A stretch of DNA of 63,432 nt, counting the filler, from Octopus bimaculoides (Eukaryota), in NCBI RefSeq assembly GCF_001194135.2. It is 9 parts of 9 records of this genome, joined end to end, with 100 filler letters (N's around TTAATTAATTAA, not from the genome) between each part and the next. Parts side by side here need not be neighbours in the genome. Positions count along the whole stretch, not along the records: positions 20,212 to 26,209 come from NC_069000.1; positions 26,310 to 40,478 come from NC_068993.1; 7 more parts are not named here. One strand, 5' to 3'. The position numbers and the translations under genes are program-made. This document shows positions 24,358-36,951 of the stretch, in pieces (the first letter of the stretch is position 1; each line of letters begins with the position of its first letter). The notes beneath the pieces are model-generated. The model made no database searches. It had not been told where the DNA came from and saw only the letters and a program-made list of their open reading frames with translations.

Positions 24358-25138
24358 GAGAGTATATTAAATAACATACAAGACACATTCTTGGCTTCCA
24401 ACACCGCTTATAAAAATTTTTAAAGTCTTGTAAAGTCTAAAATATTCTTTTGTAGTCTTACACCATCTTATAAATATATATTTTGCAATAAAATACTTAC
24501 TGTGGAGAGACTTTTTGAACACCGTGTATACAATGTAAAAGTTCCATATTACAAAGAAGTTGGTGAAACATTAAATAGATAGGATGCAACAAAAGGGATG
24601 CATTTGAAATGTTAAAGTGCACGTTTACTTTCATATTTTTGCTATGATTCAGAAGAGTCTATGTGTAGTGAAGGTACGTGAAACTATGTTTTCATCGAAG
24701 CATTATAGCCACTTATGGAAGACAGATACCAATGCCTGTGGAACATTAATACGATTAATGAAATATGAATAATGATTACGTTTGGCAAGTATCGGTAAAG
24801 AAAGAAATTTTATTACGATTTTTTGTGTTATATTTTAAATGTGGTTTTGTGTTTATTATTCATTTGTTTTCAATCTATTGTAAATTTTAAAGATAAATTC
24901 AGAAAGAATATATGAAAATACAGCAACAATTTTATGGCAAAATATAAACAATTAAAAGACAAAACAGGAACCATGTTTTGAAATTTATCAATGCGCCGTT
25001 AGCCATAATAGTTTCTGCATGTACGTATAAACACACACACATACACACACACATATATATATACATATATATATTTGTAAATATATATTTTGATGTATAC
25101 ACACATAAACATTCATACATATATACACATACGTATGT

Positions 25139-25180
<42 letters not shown>

Positions 25181-25783
25181 CGATATTTCTCGTAAAACGG
25201 GGGAGATAACCCATTTTTTAAATGAGAGTGAAGTAGCCAAAAAGTACCGTCCCGGGTTCAGTCCCACTGAGTGACATCTTGGATATGTATGTGTCTTCTA
25301 CTATAGCCTCGGGTTGATCAAAGCCGTGTGAGTGGATCCGGTAGACGGAAACTGAAAGAAACTCGTCGTTGCTTTACAAGAAACAAGACCTACATTTGCC
25401 TGTCTCCTGTAATAGCTCTTTCTCCAGCGTTCACCACTTTACCTCGTTATGGCTTAACAGCCCTTACCGTTTGTTTTCACTGTTTTGTTCTTACTGTCCT
25501 GTTTTTATTACCAATTTTGACCCTCCGCAAAATCCCAAATTTTATTTAATTTGCTTTGCGGGAACAACTGTTTTAACAAAGTCGCGTCTTGTCCCTACGT
25601 TTGAAACGCGGAGTAGATAAAACAAGGGACAACTAATGAAGGGATTGTTCTTTATGTTGCCTTCTTGTTTCTCTATTTGTTTCTTTCGTTGTTCGGAAGA
25701 AAAGTTCGTTTCCCATGTTTTTGTTTCTTGATGTTCCCGTTTTTCATTTTGTTCACGTTTTTTATATATAATTTAAAAACTAA

Positions 25784-26033
25784 ATGCGCCCTTTTTAAAG
25801 CCTAGTCAGGTTCATGGGCCCGGTTTCCCGGTTTCAATGGCGTATGATTTCCCCAGTTGGACGGGACGCCAGTCCATCGCAGCGTTGCTCATTTTTGTCA
25901 GCTGAGTGGACTGGAGCAACGTGAGATGAAGGGTTTTGCTCAAGAACACAACGCGCCGCCCGGTCCAGGAAACGAAACAGCAATCTTACTACCATGGTGC
26001 TGACGCCCTAACCACTAAACCACGCGCCTCCAC
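25784..26033 (-). mobile_element. tRNA-derived SINE with a V-domain-like core
   Basis: Reverse complement: tRNA-like head gtggaggcgcgtggtttagtggttagggcg.. then ctgcgatggactggcgtcccgtcca, resembling the conserved V-SINE central domain. Confidence 0.6.
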
Positions 26034-26339
26034 ACACACAGATATATATATTATTTATATTATTTTATATATATATATGTCCCACTGCGTGGCACCTTGG
26101 GCAAGTGTCTTCCACTATAGCCTCGGGCCGACCAAAGCCTTGTGAGTGGATTTGGTAGATGGAAACTGAAAGAAGCCCATCGTATATATGTATATATATA
26201 TATATATATNNNNNNNNNNNNNNNNNNNNNNNNNNNNNNNNNNNNNNNNNNNNTTAATTAATTAANNNNNNNNNNNNNNNNNNNNNNNNNNNNNNNNNNN
26301 NNNNNNNNNCACCGCACCACCACCACCACCACCACCACC

Positions 26340-26371
<32 letters not shown>

Positions 26372-26463
26372 CAACAACAGCAGCAACAACGAGCACCTCT
26401 TCACATGTATAAATAATAAACCAGCTTAAAGATTTCTGTTTTTTCGCCAAAGTTGTTTTGCAG

Positions 26464-26538
26464 TGCTATATGGACCATCTGTTACTCACATATGAGCAAG
26501 AGAGGTCACCACTTGACCTCAGCGTGCCAAAATTATAA
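26464..26538 (+). other. Candidate terminal coding exon with a PLDLS (CtBP-binding) motif
   Basis: Acceptor ttctgttttttcgccaaagttgttttgcag| then CYMDHLLLTYEQERSPLDLSVPKL*. Conflicts with a minus-strand exon candidate over the same bases. Confidence 0.25.
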
Positions 26539-27220
26539 TGCTGGTCATTGACGAAATGGTGGTGCTGGTGCTGGTGCTGGTGCTTTGGGGATGGGGGGTA
26601 GAATGTGATTGCAGATAGCTTAGAGAGGCAGATAGGCTGGAAAGCCGAACGATGCTTGCACTTAGTGAACATACATGGAGAGGACGTAGTTATTTTTCGT
26701 TCTCTGGTCGTAGCAAAAGCAAGACAGGAGAGTTAAAAAACAATTTGACGTCAATGTCAGTGCCTACATAGACAGGACGATAAATGTGTTTGTATGAGTG
26801 TATTTGTGTGTATGTGTGCGTGCTGTGTATATGCACATTCGCATGTGTATATGTAAATGCGTGTGTGTGTGCATATATATATATATATATANNNNNNNNN
26901 NNNNNNNNNNNNNNNNNNNNNNNNNNNNNNNNNNNNNNNNNNNNNNNNNNNNNNNNNNNNNNNNNNNNNNNNNNNNNNNNNNNNNNNNNNNNNNNNNNNN
27001 NNNNNNNNNNNNNNNNNNNNNNNNNNNNNNNNNNNNNNNNNNNNNNNNNNNNNNNNNNNNNNNNNNNNNNNNNNNNNNNNNNNNNNNNNNNNNNNNNNNN
27101 NNNNNNNNNNNNNNNNNNNNNNNNNNNNNNNNNNNNNNNNNNNNNNNNNNNNNNNNNNNNNNNNNNNNNNNNNNNNNNNNNNNNNNNNNNNNNNNNNNNN
27201 NNNNNNNNNNNNNNNNNNNN

Positions 27221-27265
<45 letters not shown>

Positions 27266-27503
27266 TATATATATATACATATGTGTATATATATATATAC
27301 TTTGACAAACGTGTGTGTATATATAGGCACACACGTATATATATACATGTATACATACATGCATGCATACATCGACATACACACATACATATATCACGCA
27401 TACACATATGTATACTCGCATACATAAGTATATATATGCACACAAAGACACAATAATACACATATACATATATGTATATATGTATACATATTTATGTATT
27501 CAA

Positions 27504-27563
<60 letters not shown>

Positions 27564-27904
27564 CACACATACACACATACATACACATTCATACGCAAAT
27601 GCACACACATATACGGGCAGATATAGATATACAGATAGATTGTGTGTAGAGATAAGTTCCCTGTTACATCTAAGCAATATGGTATCTAAAATTGTCAAAT
27701 TCGACATGGCCGCTGAGAAGCAAAGGCCTAGAGCGGAAACTGCGATATACAATTGATTGCCGAGATAAGCGGTACACACTAGAGGCGCGAAAAAATCTTT
27801 AGAGCGATACTTTATAATCTAACTTTTCAAGAAAGAAGAAAAAACGCATTGCTACCCCTGTCTTGGTCTTCGTCTCCCTGTGTCTTCGTCTCTCCTCTTT
27901 TCTC

Positions 27905-28005
<101 letters not shown>

Positions 28006-28233
28006 CCCCGCTAACTTTCTCTGTGCTTGTCTTACCCTCTCCTCTGACCTCCTCTTAGCATATCTTTTCTCACTCTTTCTTCTGAACTGCTTCTTTGTTT
28101 CTTTCTTTCTCTATTTTATTTACTCTATCTTTTAAGATGGACCAGCATAGATATTGGCTGTTTATATATCACACATTCAACATCTCAACAATATTTAGCT
28201 ACAGAAACATGGACACACATATGCATATACGTA

Positions 28234-28269
<36 letters not shown>

Positions 28270-28273
<4 letters not shown>

Positions 28274-28525
28274 CTGATATCCAATCAAGGTGCAGGAAAG
28301 GCGTGATCCAACAGGAACAGTAATCTGAGATACAAAAATTCCAGTAATTGCGTACTCGGCGATTTTTTCTTCCTCCGTTTTCCCCTTCTTTGGACTTTCC
28401 TTGTGTCCGACGAAGAGCTCCGCTCGAAACGTCATATTCTCTCTCTTTCCTTTCCCGAGCGTCTAGTAACATAATTTGTATCACGTCCTCACGTTGTTTT
28501 TTGTTGTTGTTTTCTTGTCTTTTTT
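28270..28525 (+). mobile_element. Penelope-like pseudo-LTR remnant containing a minimal hammerhead motif (28403-28436)
   Basis: CCGACGA-agagc[tcc]gctc-GAAAC-GTC, with a U-to-C change in the CUGANGA box. Downstream gagcgtc..tatcacgtcctcac also occurs at about 2417-2460. Confidence 0.6.
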
Positions 28526-28537
28526 TCTTTTTTGAAC

Positions 28538-28595
<58 letters not shown>

Positions 28596-28597
<2 letters not shown>

Positions 28598-29423
28598 CTT
28601 TACTCTTTTACTTGTTTCAGTCATTTGGCTGTGGCCATGCTGGAGCACCGCCTTTAGTCGAGCAAATTGACCCCAGAACTTATTCTTTGGAAGCCTAGTA
28701 CTTATTCTATCGGTCTTTTTTGCCGAACCGCTAAGTTACGGGGACGTAAACACACCTCCATCATGGGGGGACAAACACAGACACACAAACTTATACACAC
28801 ACATACACATATATANNNNNNNNNNNNNNNNNNNNNNNNNNNNNNNNNNNNNNNNNNNNNNNNNNNNNNNNNNNNNNNNNNNNNNNNNNNNNNNNNNNNN
28901 NNNNNNNNNNNNNNNNNNNNNNNNNNNNNNNNNNNNNNNNNNNNNNNNNNNNNNNNNNNNNNNNNNNNNNNNNNNNNNNNNNNNNNNNNNNNNNNNNNNN
29001 NNNNNNNNNNNNNNNNNNNNNNNNNNNNNNNNNNNNNNNNNNNNNNNNNNNNNNNNNNNNNNNNNNNNNNNNNNNNNNNNNNNNNNNNNNNNNNNNNNNN
29101 NNNNNNNNNNNNNNNNNNNNNNNNNNNNNNNNNNNNNNNNNNNNNNNNNNNNNNNNNNNNNNNNNNNNNNNNNNNNNNNNNNNNNNNNNNNNNNNNNNNN
29201 NNNNNNNNNNNNNNNNNNNNNNNNNNNNNNNNNNNNNNNNNNNNNNNNNNNNNNNNNNNNNNNNNNNNNNNATATGTATACACGACGGGCTTCTTTCAGT
29301 TTTCATCTGCCCGACCCACTCACAAGACTTTGGTCGGCTCGAGGCTATAGTGGTGCCGCGTGAGGTGAGACAAAATCCGGTAAAGTATGGTTGGGAAGCA
29401 AGCTTCTTACCACACTGCCACTC
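28596..29423 (-). mobile_element. Full SINE family B spanning an N-gap at its internal microsatellite
   Basis: Head at 29280-29423 and tail at 28596-28790, separated by (CA)/(TA) repeats and a gap. Confidence 0.85.
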
Positions 29424-29879
29424 CATATTATATTTATAATGTAAATTTATATTTTAAACTTGCATCTATAAAAATAAACTTATATTTATATTAAAGTTAT
29501 CTGATTTTGTTATTTTCTATTTAAAAATTTTCTTTTAGACTTATACACATATATATATATTCGCCTCCACCCAGCATTTTTCGTTTTCTTATCTTATTGT
29601 TACCTAACACTGGTTTAAGGTCACATATATTTTCTAAATAGAACAGTTCAATGCCACTCCTGAAAGATAAATAAATGTCTCACTACAAACTATCGTTCGA
29701 CCTTCCAGAAATAGAAGCTAAAAACCGTCTCCGTCTTCAAATCACACCTAACTGTCTTAACAGAAGAATACATTAAATAATGTAGTCTTAAATACACTAT
29801 GTTTGAAGGAAAGTGAAAAAGAAACGGAAACAAATTGAACAAGATGGTTGTCGTGATGGAGAAAAAAAGTACGGTCCAT

Positions 29880-30090
29880 GGTGGCGGCTGTATAAGACAA
29901 TAAGATCGGATGTCTTGCAGTTTTCGTTCCGGTTCTTTGCGTTTTGAGTTCAAATCCCATCAAAGTTAGTTTTATCTCATCCATCCAATGTCACTAAAAT
30001 AAAGTATCAGTCAAGTACTGGGGTTAATGTAATCGATTAAATACTTACCCTTAAAAACTGATGACCTTCTGCCTAAATCAAAACCTACGA
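29880..30090 (+). mobile_element. Degenerate SINE family A
   Basis: ttttgagttcaaatccc..aataaagtatcagtcaagtactggggttaatgtaatcga. Confidence 0.6.
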
Positions 30091-30289
30091 GAAAATATAT
30101 AATATAAAAGCGAATCTTGCTAATATCATTTAATTTGGAAAATTCAGACATGGCTAAGTTTCTCTGTAGAAGTTTAATCAGCCTGGAACATGTCCAAGTT
30201 ATCACCCTTAATCGTTAAAATCAGTATGAAATCATATTCGTCTGTAATATTAGTGTTTTATTTTCCTCACTATATAAATGACATCAATT

Positions 30290-30650
30290 CCCTTACCCCC
30301 ATCGCATTGATTGCACTAACATGCTCCGATCTTTCACTCACAAACATGCTGTGCCTTCTCTCTGCCATTTTTACAGCAACTACAGCGGCCTCTGCACCTC
30401 GCTGTTAGATTGTCTCATGTCCTCTCTACTTATGCACCATCGATTCTCTCCACTTCTCGCCACCTGTATTGTGTGCACTGCCCAGTCACTTCCCTCACTC
30501 AAGCCATTATGCTGGTTAGTCCTTCCTCCACGCGCAACGTTCTTGAAATTTCTCTCTGCCCATATTTTATCCAGCATTCCCCAATTTGCAATCATTCAAG
30601 ACGAACTTTAACCACATCGACCTCACTGGTCCTGGGAGACCTGTAAAGTC
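30290..30650 (+). mobile_element. CR1/L2-group LINE 3' end
   Basis: LRSFTHKHAVPSLCHFYSNYSGLCTSLL resembles the L2/CR1-group C-terminal L..L.HRR.V.SL..FY.YY.G.CS pattern, followed by LV.PSSTRNV and a decayed terminus. Confidence 0.65.
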
Positions 30651-30752
30651 TATAAACACAATCCCTTCTTTCAAAGAGAACCGATAAAAGATAAAAGTAT
30701 GATGTCATTCTCTCTTCCTGTGCCAAGCCTACAGGCATTGGTAACTATAGAT

Positions 30753-31007
30753 CCGTGTTTCTCAGCCATTAAAAAAAACTTTTTTGACCTCTTTGATTCC
30801 TGTTTTACTCGAATGGACCCTCCTAACCATTTCATTTTTAAAAAATCTTATATTTTAGTAATTAAATTTTATTGGGAATTGTACAAAAGAATTATTTAAA
30901 TATTTTGTGTATTGTAGCAGTATAACCAATTTGTTACAGATAAATTTTAACAACAAAATCTTATTTGGATCTCCAAGGGCCATATGGACCCCATTTGGGA
31001 ACCACTG
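30753..31007. mobile_element. hAT-like MITE
   Basis: Left ccgtgtttctcagcc, right ttgggaaccactg; flanking 8-mers ctatagat / ctacggac match at 5 of 8 positions (decayed TSD). Confidence 0.55.
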
Positions 31008-31299
31008 CTACGGACCTCCATCGCAAAACCTGAAAATTCAGAATTTTTCTTGGGGAAGATTTTTTGTCTTCTGCCAGACTACTTACACTTTACTCTGCTA
31101 CATTCCGGTCCTTCTAATCTTATCTTTGAGACCAAGGCCTATTTATATAAATCCTACTAAAAAATAGCACTAATTGCTAATCTTTACTGTGGAAAATATA
31201 CAAATTATTAGTAGCAGCTACAGCCAGAATGTTTTCCAAAGGATGCCAGGCTGTGTGAAGAATCTTAGACAAAAGGACAGGTTCACGAGATTCCAAGGC

Positions 31300-31465
31300 A
31301 CGTCTACACGTGGGTCAGTATGACTCATATCTAAGGGCCAACACGATCCGTAAGCGCGGCCTTTAACGGCCAGAGAAAACCTGCGATTAGTGGTGAATTC
31401 TTAGGCTGTAGTCTCACCACCGGGTGCAGTTTAATATCTTATCCAGGACAAATGACGTCACTAAC
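31300..31465. promoter_or_regulatory. Cluster of CACGTG (31307), AP-1 TGACTCA (31321) and CRE TGACGTCA (31453) in unique DNA
   Basis: Exact consensus motifs read directly; function untested. Confidence 0.25.
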
Positions 31466-31629
31466 TTAATTATAAGAAATGAAGTCACATCCGCAATCAG
31501 TTTTATTGCACTTTCTTTACTAAATATCCAAGGAAAGGCATGAACGTTACACACTCACAAATCCCTTACATTTCGTATTTATGTAAGAAACAATTGCCAT
31601 TACTATAATGATAATAACAATAATAATCC

Positions 31630-31830
31630 TTTCTAGCATAGGAACAAAGCGTGAAATTTGGAGCGGGGGGACTAGTCGATTTCATCGACCTCAGTGTTTC
31701 ACTGGTACTTAATTTATCGACCCCGAGAGGCTGAAAGGCAAAGTCGACCTCAACAAAATTTGAACTCAAGAACGTAGCGACGGGCGAAATACTGCTAAGT
31801 ATTTCGTCTAGAGTGCTAAAGATTCTGTCA
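31630..31830 (-). mobile_element. SINE family A
   Basis: ggtacttaatttatcgaccccgagaggctgaaaggcaaagtcgacctc..tttgaactcaag..ctaagtatttcgtc. Confidence 0.85.
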
Positions 31831-31841
31831 GCTCGCTGCTT

Positions 31842-31884
<43 letters not shown>

Positions 31885-31899
31885 TGATGATGATGATGA

Positions 31900-33143
31900 T
31901 GACCATCAAAATATAGCGCCAGACGTTATTCCTCATGTCCTACAAATAAAATCAAAAAAGCATAAATGGATACATGAAGAATATATTTCAATACTACACG
32001 CTTATTTTACAGTAGTGATCTACCCATAGAATGAAAACAACAACATATACATATAAAATCTGGAAGAAAAATAACCTAGATAAAGATTTGGATACAGCAA
32101 TGAACCCTAATAATACGAAGATATATTCTCAAAAAAAAACAAAAAAACATCAGAAATAGAAATAGAACATTTAAAAGGAAAAATACATCAGGAAACGTTG
32201 ATAGTAATCACACAGCAATGTCAAATAATATCATAAGCACTGGGACCGTAAAATACGAAGATAGACGTAACGTTTCCAACAAAAACGAAGTAAACAACGA
32301 AAGACAAAAAAAAACATATGAACGGGAGGGAATACGAAACAAATCTAAAACCTGGAAACAGCGAAGGTGAAACTAATGATTATGATACTCTAAAAATGAG
32401 TATAATCAAAGAATTGAAAGCCACAAATCTCAGTATGGACCACCGATTATACCTCCAAAAAAATTAAGCTTGATAATAAAACAACATCAATAATAAATAA
32501 CATGAACCTGGCCGTCACAGAATAGACAGAGAAACAAATGTCAATATGACCAGGCTAAATGATATAATACATGCAGCAGCCTCTGTGGCCACAAAAAAAA
32601 ACTGGATACCCCATAAAACCCTTTCAAACAGGAGCATCACCAGCTGAACTAACCCTGTGGATAAATAATATCCAGATAAAATAGAGAATAAGAGAAAGGA
32701 TCTGCCAATCCTTAATGAAACTAGTAGACAATCAACACTACTAAGCAACAAGAAGAGAAGAAAAATACTACGTAAATACAAAATTATAGAACAAGGTATA
32801 CCTGAAGTAAAAGAACAGCAAAAAGAAAGATATCCTCGCCAAAGCACAAGGAATCTGCCGGTATGAGAAACGCTAATGTTCTTTGAGCAAAACAAACAGT
32901 TCAACTCCAGCCCCAAAAGATTCTACCAAGAATTTGGCAAGACTAAAATAGAGAGCAATGCAGCACCAACAGCATAAGAAGTGGAAGGATTTTGGAAAGA
33001 AATATGGTCGGCGAAGGAACAACCTTAGCAAAGATCTATCAAAACAACGAACACAGCACCTGAACAACTTTGGACGCCTATAATAACTGAAGAGGTCACC
33101 CAGGCTCTGCAAAAACTTAGTAACTGGAAAGCACCCGGGCACG

Positions 33144-33146
<3 letters not shown>
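31900..33146 (+). mobile_element. R4-clade LINE N-terminal/pre-RT fragment, 3'-truncated
   Basis: LNDIIHAAASV..KRRKILRKYKI..QNKQFNSSPKRFYQEF..APTA*EVEGFWKEIWS..EEVTQALQKLSNWKAPGHD; bounded by (AAT)(GAT)n and (TAC)(TTC)n. Confidence 0.8.
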
Positions 33147-33192
<46 letters not shown>

Positions 33193-33344
33193 TTCTTCTT
33201 CTTCTTCTTCTCCTCCTCCTCCTCCTCCTCCTCCTCNNNNNNNNNNNNNNNNNNNNNNNNNNTCCTTCTTCTTCTTCTTCTTCTTCTTCTAAATCAACTT
33301 ACCCCCCCGCTCCAATTTTAGGCCTTGTGCCTATAGTAGAAAGG

Positions 33345-33393
<49 letters not shown>

Positions 33394-33539
33394 GTAGTAG
33401 TAGTAGTAGTAGTAGTAGTATTGTTGTTGTTGTTGTTGTTGTCTTGTTAATTATTGTTGTTTTATTGTTTACACATGTATATGTAATTCCCCACTGACCT
33501 TTATCTTTGTATCATCCTAGATGTCTTTTGTATTGTCCT

Positions 33540-33750
33540 AAGGAGGCGATCTGGCAGAATCGTTAGCGCGTCGGTCAAAATACCTAGCGGCATTTCTTGT
33601 GGTTCTTTACTTCTCAGTTCAATTTCTATCAAGGTCGACTTCGCCTTTCATCTTATTAGGGTCAATAATTTGAGGCCTTGGGTCAATGCAATTGACTAAC
33701 CCTTTCTCCAAAAATTGCTGGCCATGTGCCAAATTTTGAAACCATTATTA
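33540..33750 (+). mobile_element. SINE family A
   Basis: ggcgatctggcagaatcgttagcgcg..aaggtcgacttcgcctttcatc..ggccatgtgccaaattttgaaacc. Confidence 0.85.
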
Positions 33751-34038
33751 ATATGATAATGATTATTGTTTTTAGTAGTAGCATTTTCTCGTTAATTTTT
33801 ATTGCTTATACTGTTTACACACACACACACACACAACACGCATACTTATACACAACACGCACACTCACACACAACACACACACACACACACACACACAAG
33901 ACCTCACTCTCCTTTGTCTTTCTATTGTCCTAAATATATTTTTCGGTCCTTGTATCCAATAAAGAAATAATAATAATAATGATAATAATAATAATAATAA
34001 TAATAACAACACCAACAACAATAATGACAAAAACAATT

Positions 34039-34126
<88 letters not shown>

Positions 34127-35186
34127 GTTTGGTTGTATAAAGTGGAAAAGGTCATTAGGACACACCATACAATGATTAAGACCTTGGCTTCCTAAACTAT
34201 GGCCAGCCCCGATTGTGAAGTTTGTATATTGTTTTCGGAGTAAAATTTATTATATTTTAAATCCTGCATGTGCGTATGTATGCGTCTATGTGTGTGTCTA
34301 TGTGTGTATGTGAATATATGTATGTATGTGCGTGCGTGTGAATTAAGTCTAAGCGCTGTAAATCTCAAAAATTAGTTGAAGGTAGAGGAGGAGAGTTAAA
34401 AATATAATTTTAGCAGAGGGGTGATGTTCTGATGGTGAGGTTAAAGAAAGGCAGAGAGAAAGAGAGGGAGGGGGGGAGAAAGAGAAAGAAGGATAGAGAG
34501 GAGGGAAAGAGAGGGGTACAGAGAGATGATGGTGGTGGTGGTGGATGTGGCAGATAGTGAAAAGCGTATTAAAAAAAAAAAACTGAACAAAGTCTTTTAT
34601 ATTCATACCTATTTACGTGGAAGATATATGCAATTTAACTAAAGGTTGTATCATATATATGGGATATTTCCTTTTGTTTATAGGAAAAATGGAAAAATAA
34701 GAGAGAATATTTATTTTATGAGTGCTGTGTATTAAGTCTATAAAATTGTGCATAAAGTATATAAAGTGTATATATATAAAGTGCATCGAATAATCACCGT
34801 ATTCCAATTTCTCCCACTTTTCAATAAGTAGCAAATGAGTGACTATCTTTCCATACAGACACAACGCAGACTACGCTTTTAGGTGTTTTGGATAAATTTT
34901 TCAGAAATAAGCCAACATGTTTACCATTAATTCCGTGAAATGTTCACGGGTCCCTCTAGTAATATACATCAGACTCTGTACATGCTTTGAGCCCTTTTAT
35001 TCACACAATGTTTGCTGCTTTTATGCATACAAAAACACAATTTATTATATATATGTGTATCCATGTTATATGTGTGTGTGTGTGTGTGTGTGTTCGTGCG
35101 TGTGCGTGTGTGTGTATAGGTATATATATCTATACACACATATGATATATATTCGTGTGCATGTATGTATATCTATATATATATCC

Positions 35187-35225
<39 letters not shown>

Positions 35226-36331
35226 CAATTGTTAAATAGGACAGCAAACATTAAGGCAAGGCAAATATCTCAAACCGTATACAATATTATTATAGGAAGA
35301 AATTCAATCTTACGTCTGTTTCTGGGGTATCCCCGATTATGGGATATTCCGTCATCAGAGACAAATAGGGAAAAATAGGGAAAATGAGAATGGTACATAT
35401 TAATAAGATGACGACATAGAGGAAATGATAAATGTATAAAGAGATGGAAAAAAAAAGAAGTAAAAAGAAGCATAAAGGTTCTTAGTTCAACTTCCCGAAG
35501 TTATAGAAACCAGAGCATGAGTCCTTAGGTGCAATCCTGCGTAGATCCATGTAGGTTAAAATTCTGATATAGTAGACATCCCAAGAAACATATCAACGTT
35601 CTATTATTCTGTAGATTACAAGGGTTGAAAGCAGAATGACGTAGAAAATTAAAGAATAGTTAAAAGCATTTCCATTCTAAAGAAGTCATTAAACTTGGCA
35701 ATCTCACTCATGAAGGGCGGTAGTAGCAGAACATGCTCATATACCGGTAGATAGTAGGCGCCAAGCATGACATTTGACTCTATCAAAACATGTTCTAAGA
35801 CAGCTGCTGGCGTTCTAAAAAAAAAAACCCATTTACTGTGTTATATTGTTATATTTACTGTGTACATTAAGAAGTAACATGATTAATAGATTCCAGGGTT
35901 ACTTATTCATCTACTTAAAACATCATGGTTTAAGTTCTCTGATTAATTATTGCAGAACAAATAGAAAATTACTTTTAAAACTGGAGATCCAGCTAATTAT
36001 AAGTTAAGGAAAATAACTTAAGGATAACCACAGATTAGCGAAGGTCTCTGAGGAGAGGAAGGAAAAAATAGAAACAGAATAGGATAAGTCAAATTGAGGA
36101 ACTGGTCAATATATTGACAAGAAGATACTATTTGGGATCTAGTCTTTCTCATTCGCAAAATGAGCCCCACTTAATTTTATTCAGATTGCTTTCAATTTTG
36201 GTGTATCGATGCATCTCTGAATTTTCGATTACTTTATCTCGGAAATTAAAGAATCTGATGTTATTTAGCATTAAAGTTGGGAAATTTGGGTAATTTTAGC
36301 CAATCAACAGACAGCGTGGCATTAGCAGCCT

Positions 36332-36345
36332 GTTACCATGACAAC
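36332..36345. promoter_or_regulatory. RFX X-box-like motif GTTACCATGACAAC
   Basis: Matches the GTNRCC-N-RGYAAC / RYTNYYWWRRNRAC X-box consensus. Confidence 0.3.
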
Positions 36346-36913
36346 CGCACACTGTGTTGTGGTTCACTGTTGTCTGTGCCGCTGTTGTCTATGTTGATTT
36401 TTCACACTTAATTCTTCACACCATAAGATTCTTTTTACCTGCGTATTTTGTTTTAATTTTTCTGTGTTAGTATATTACATATTTTCTGTGCTTCTGTGTG
36501 TTAGTATTTTTTTGTGCTTTTTTTTGTGTCTTAGTATTTTTATATATTTTTTATTTCATATATTTTTGGGACTCATTGACTCAGACAGCTGGATTTATGA
36601 TTTCCCTAGGTTAATTCTGTTCATAAAAATTTTAATTAGGAGTATTTCTTAAATCGTTAGCTTCACATTTCAACAGCTTAACTGAAATTTAGCCCACGTA
36701 ACAGGAACTGAGGGGGATATCGTAGAACAGAGAAACTGTGGGTGATACAGATAATTTGACATTACTTTTGAATTCTGCATGCAAAAACATATAAGATACA
36801 GGTATTCTTTTTCTTGGGGCAAATTCTTTGTTGACCAGTGTTATTCTTATCGTAGTTTACAAGTCCAAGCATGAAAATGTTACTCAACTTAGGAGTTTTG
36901 GAGATAGACGCAC

Positions 36914-36951
<38 letters not shown>

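Noticed and set aside
25580-25660. GTC-ttgtccct..agggacaa-CTAATGA-aggg: hammerhead-like arrangement
   Set aside because: Stem I and a CUGANGA-like box are present, but there is no GAAA after stem II, so a hammerhead cannot be completed.
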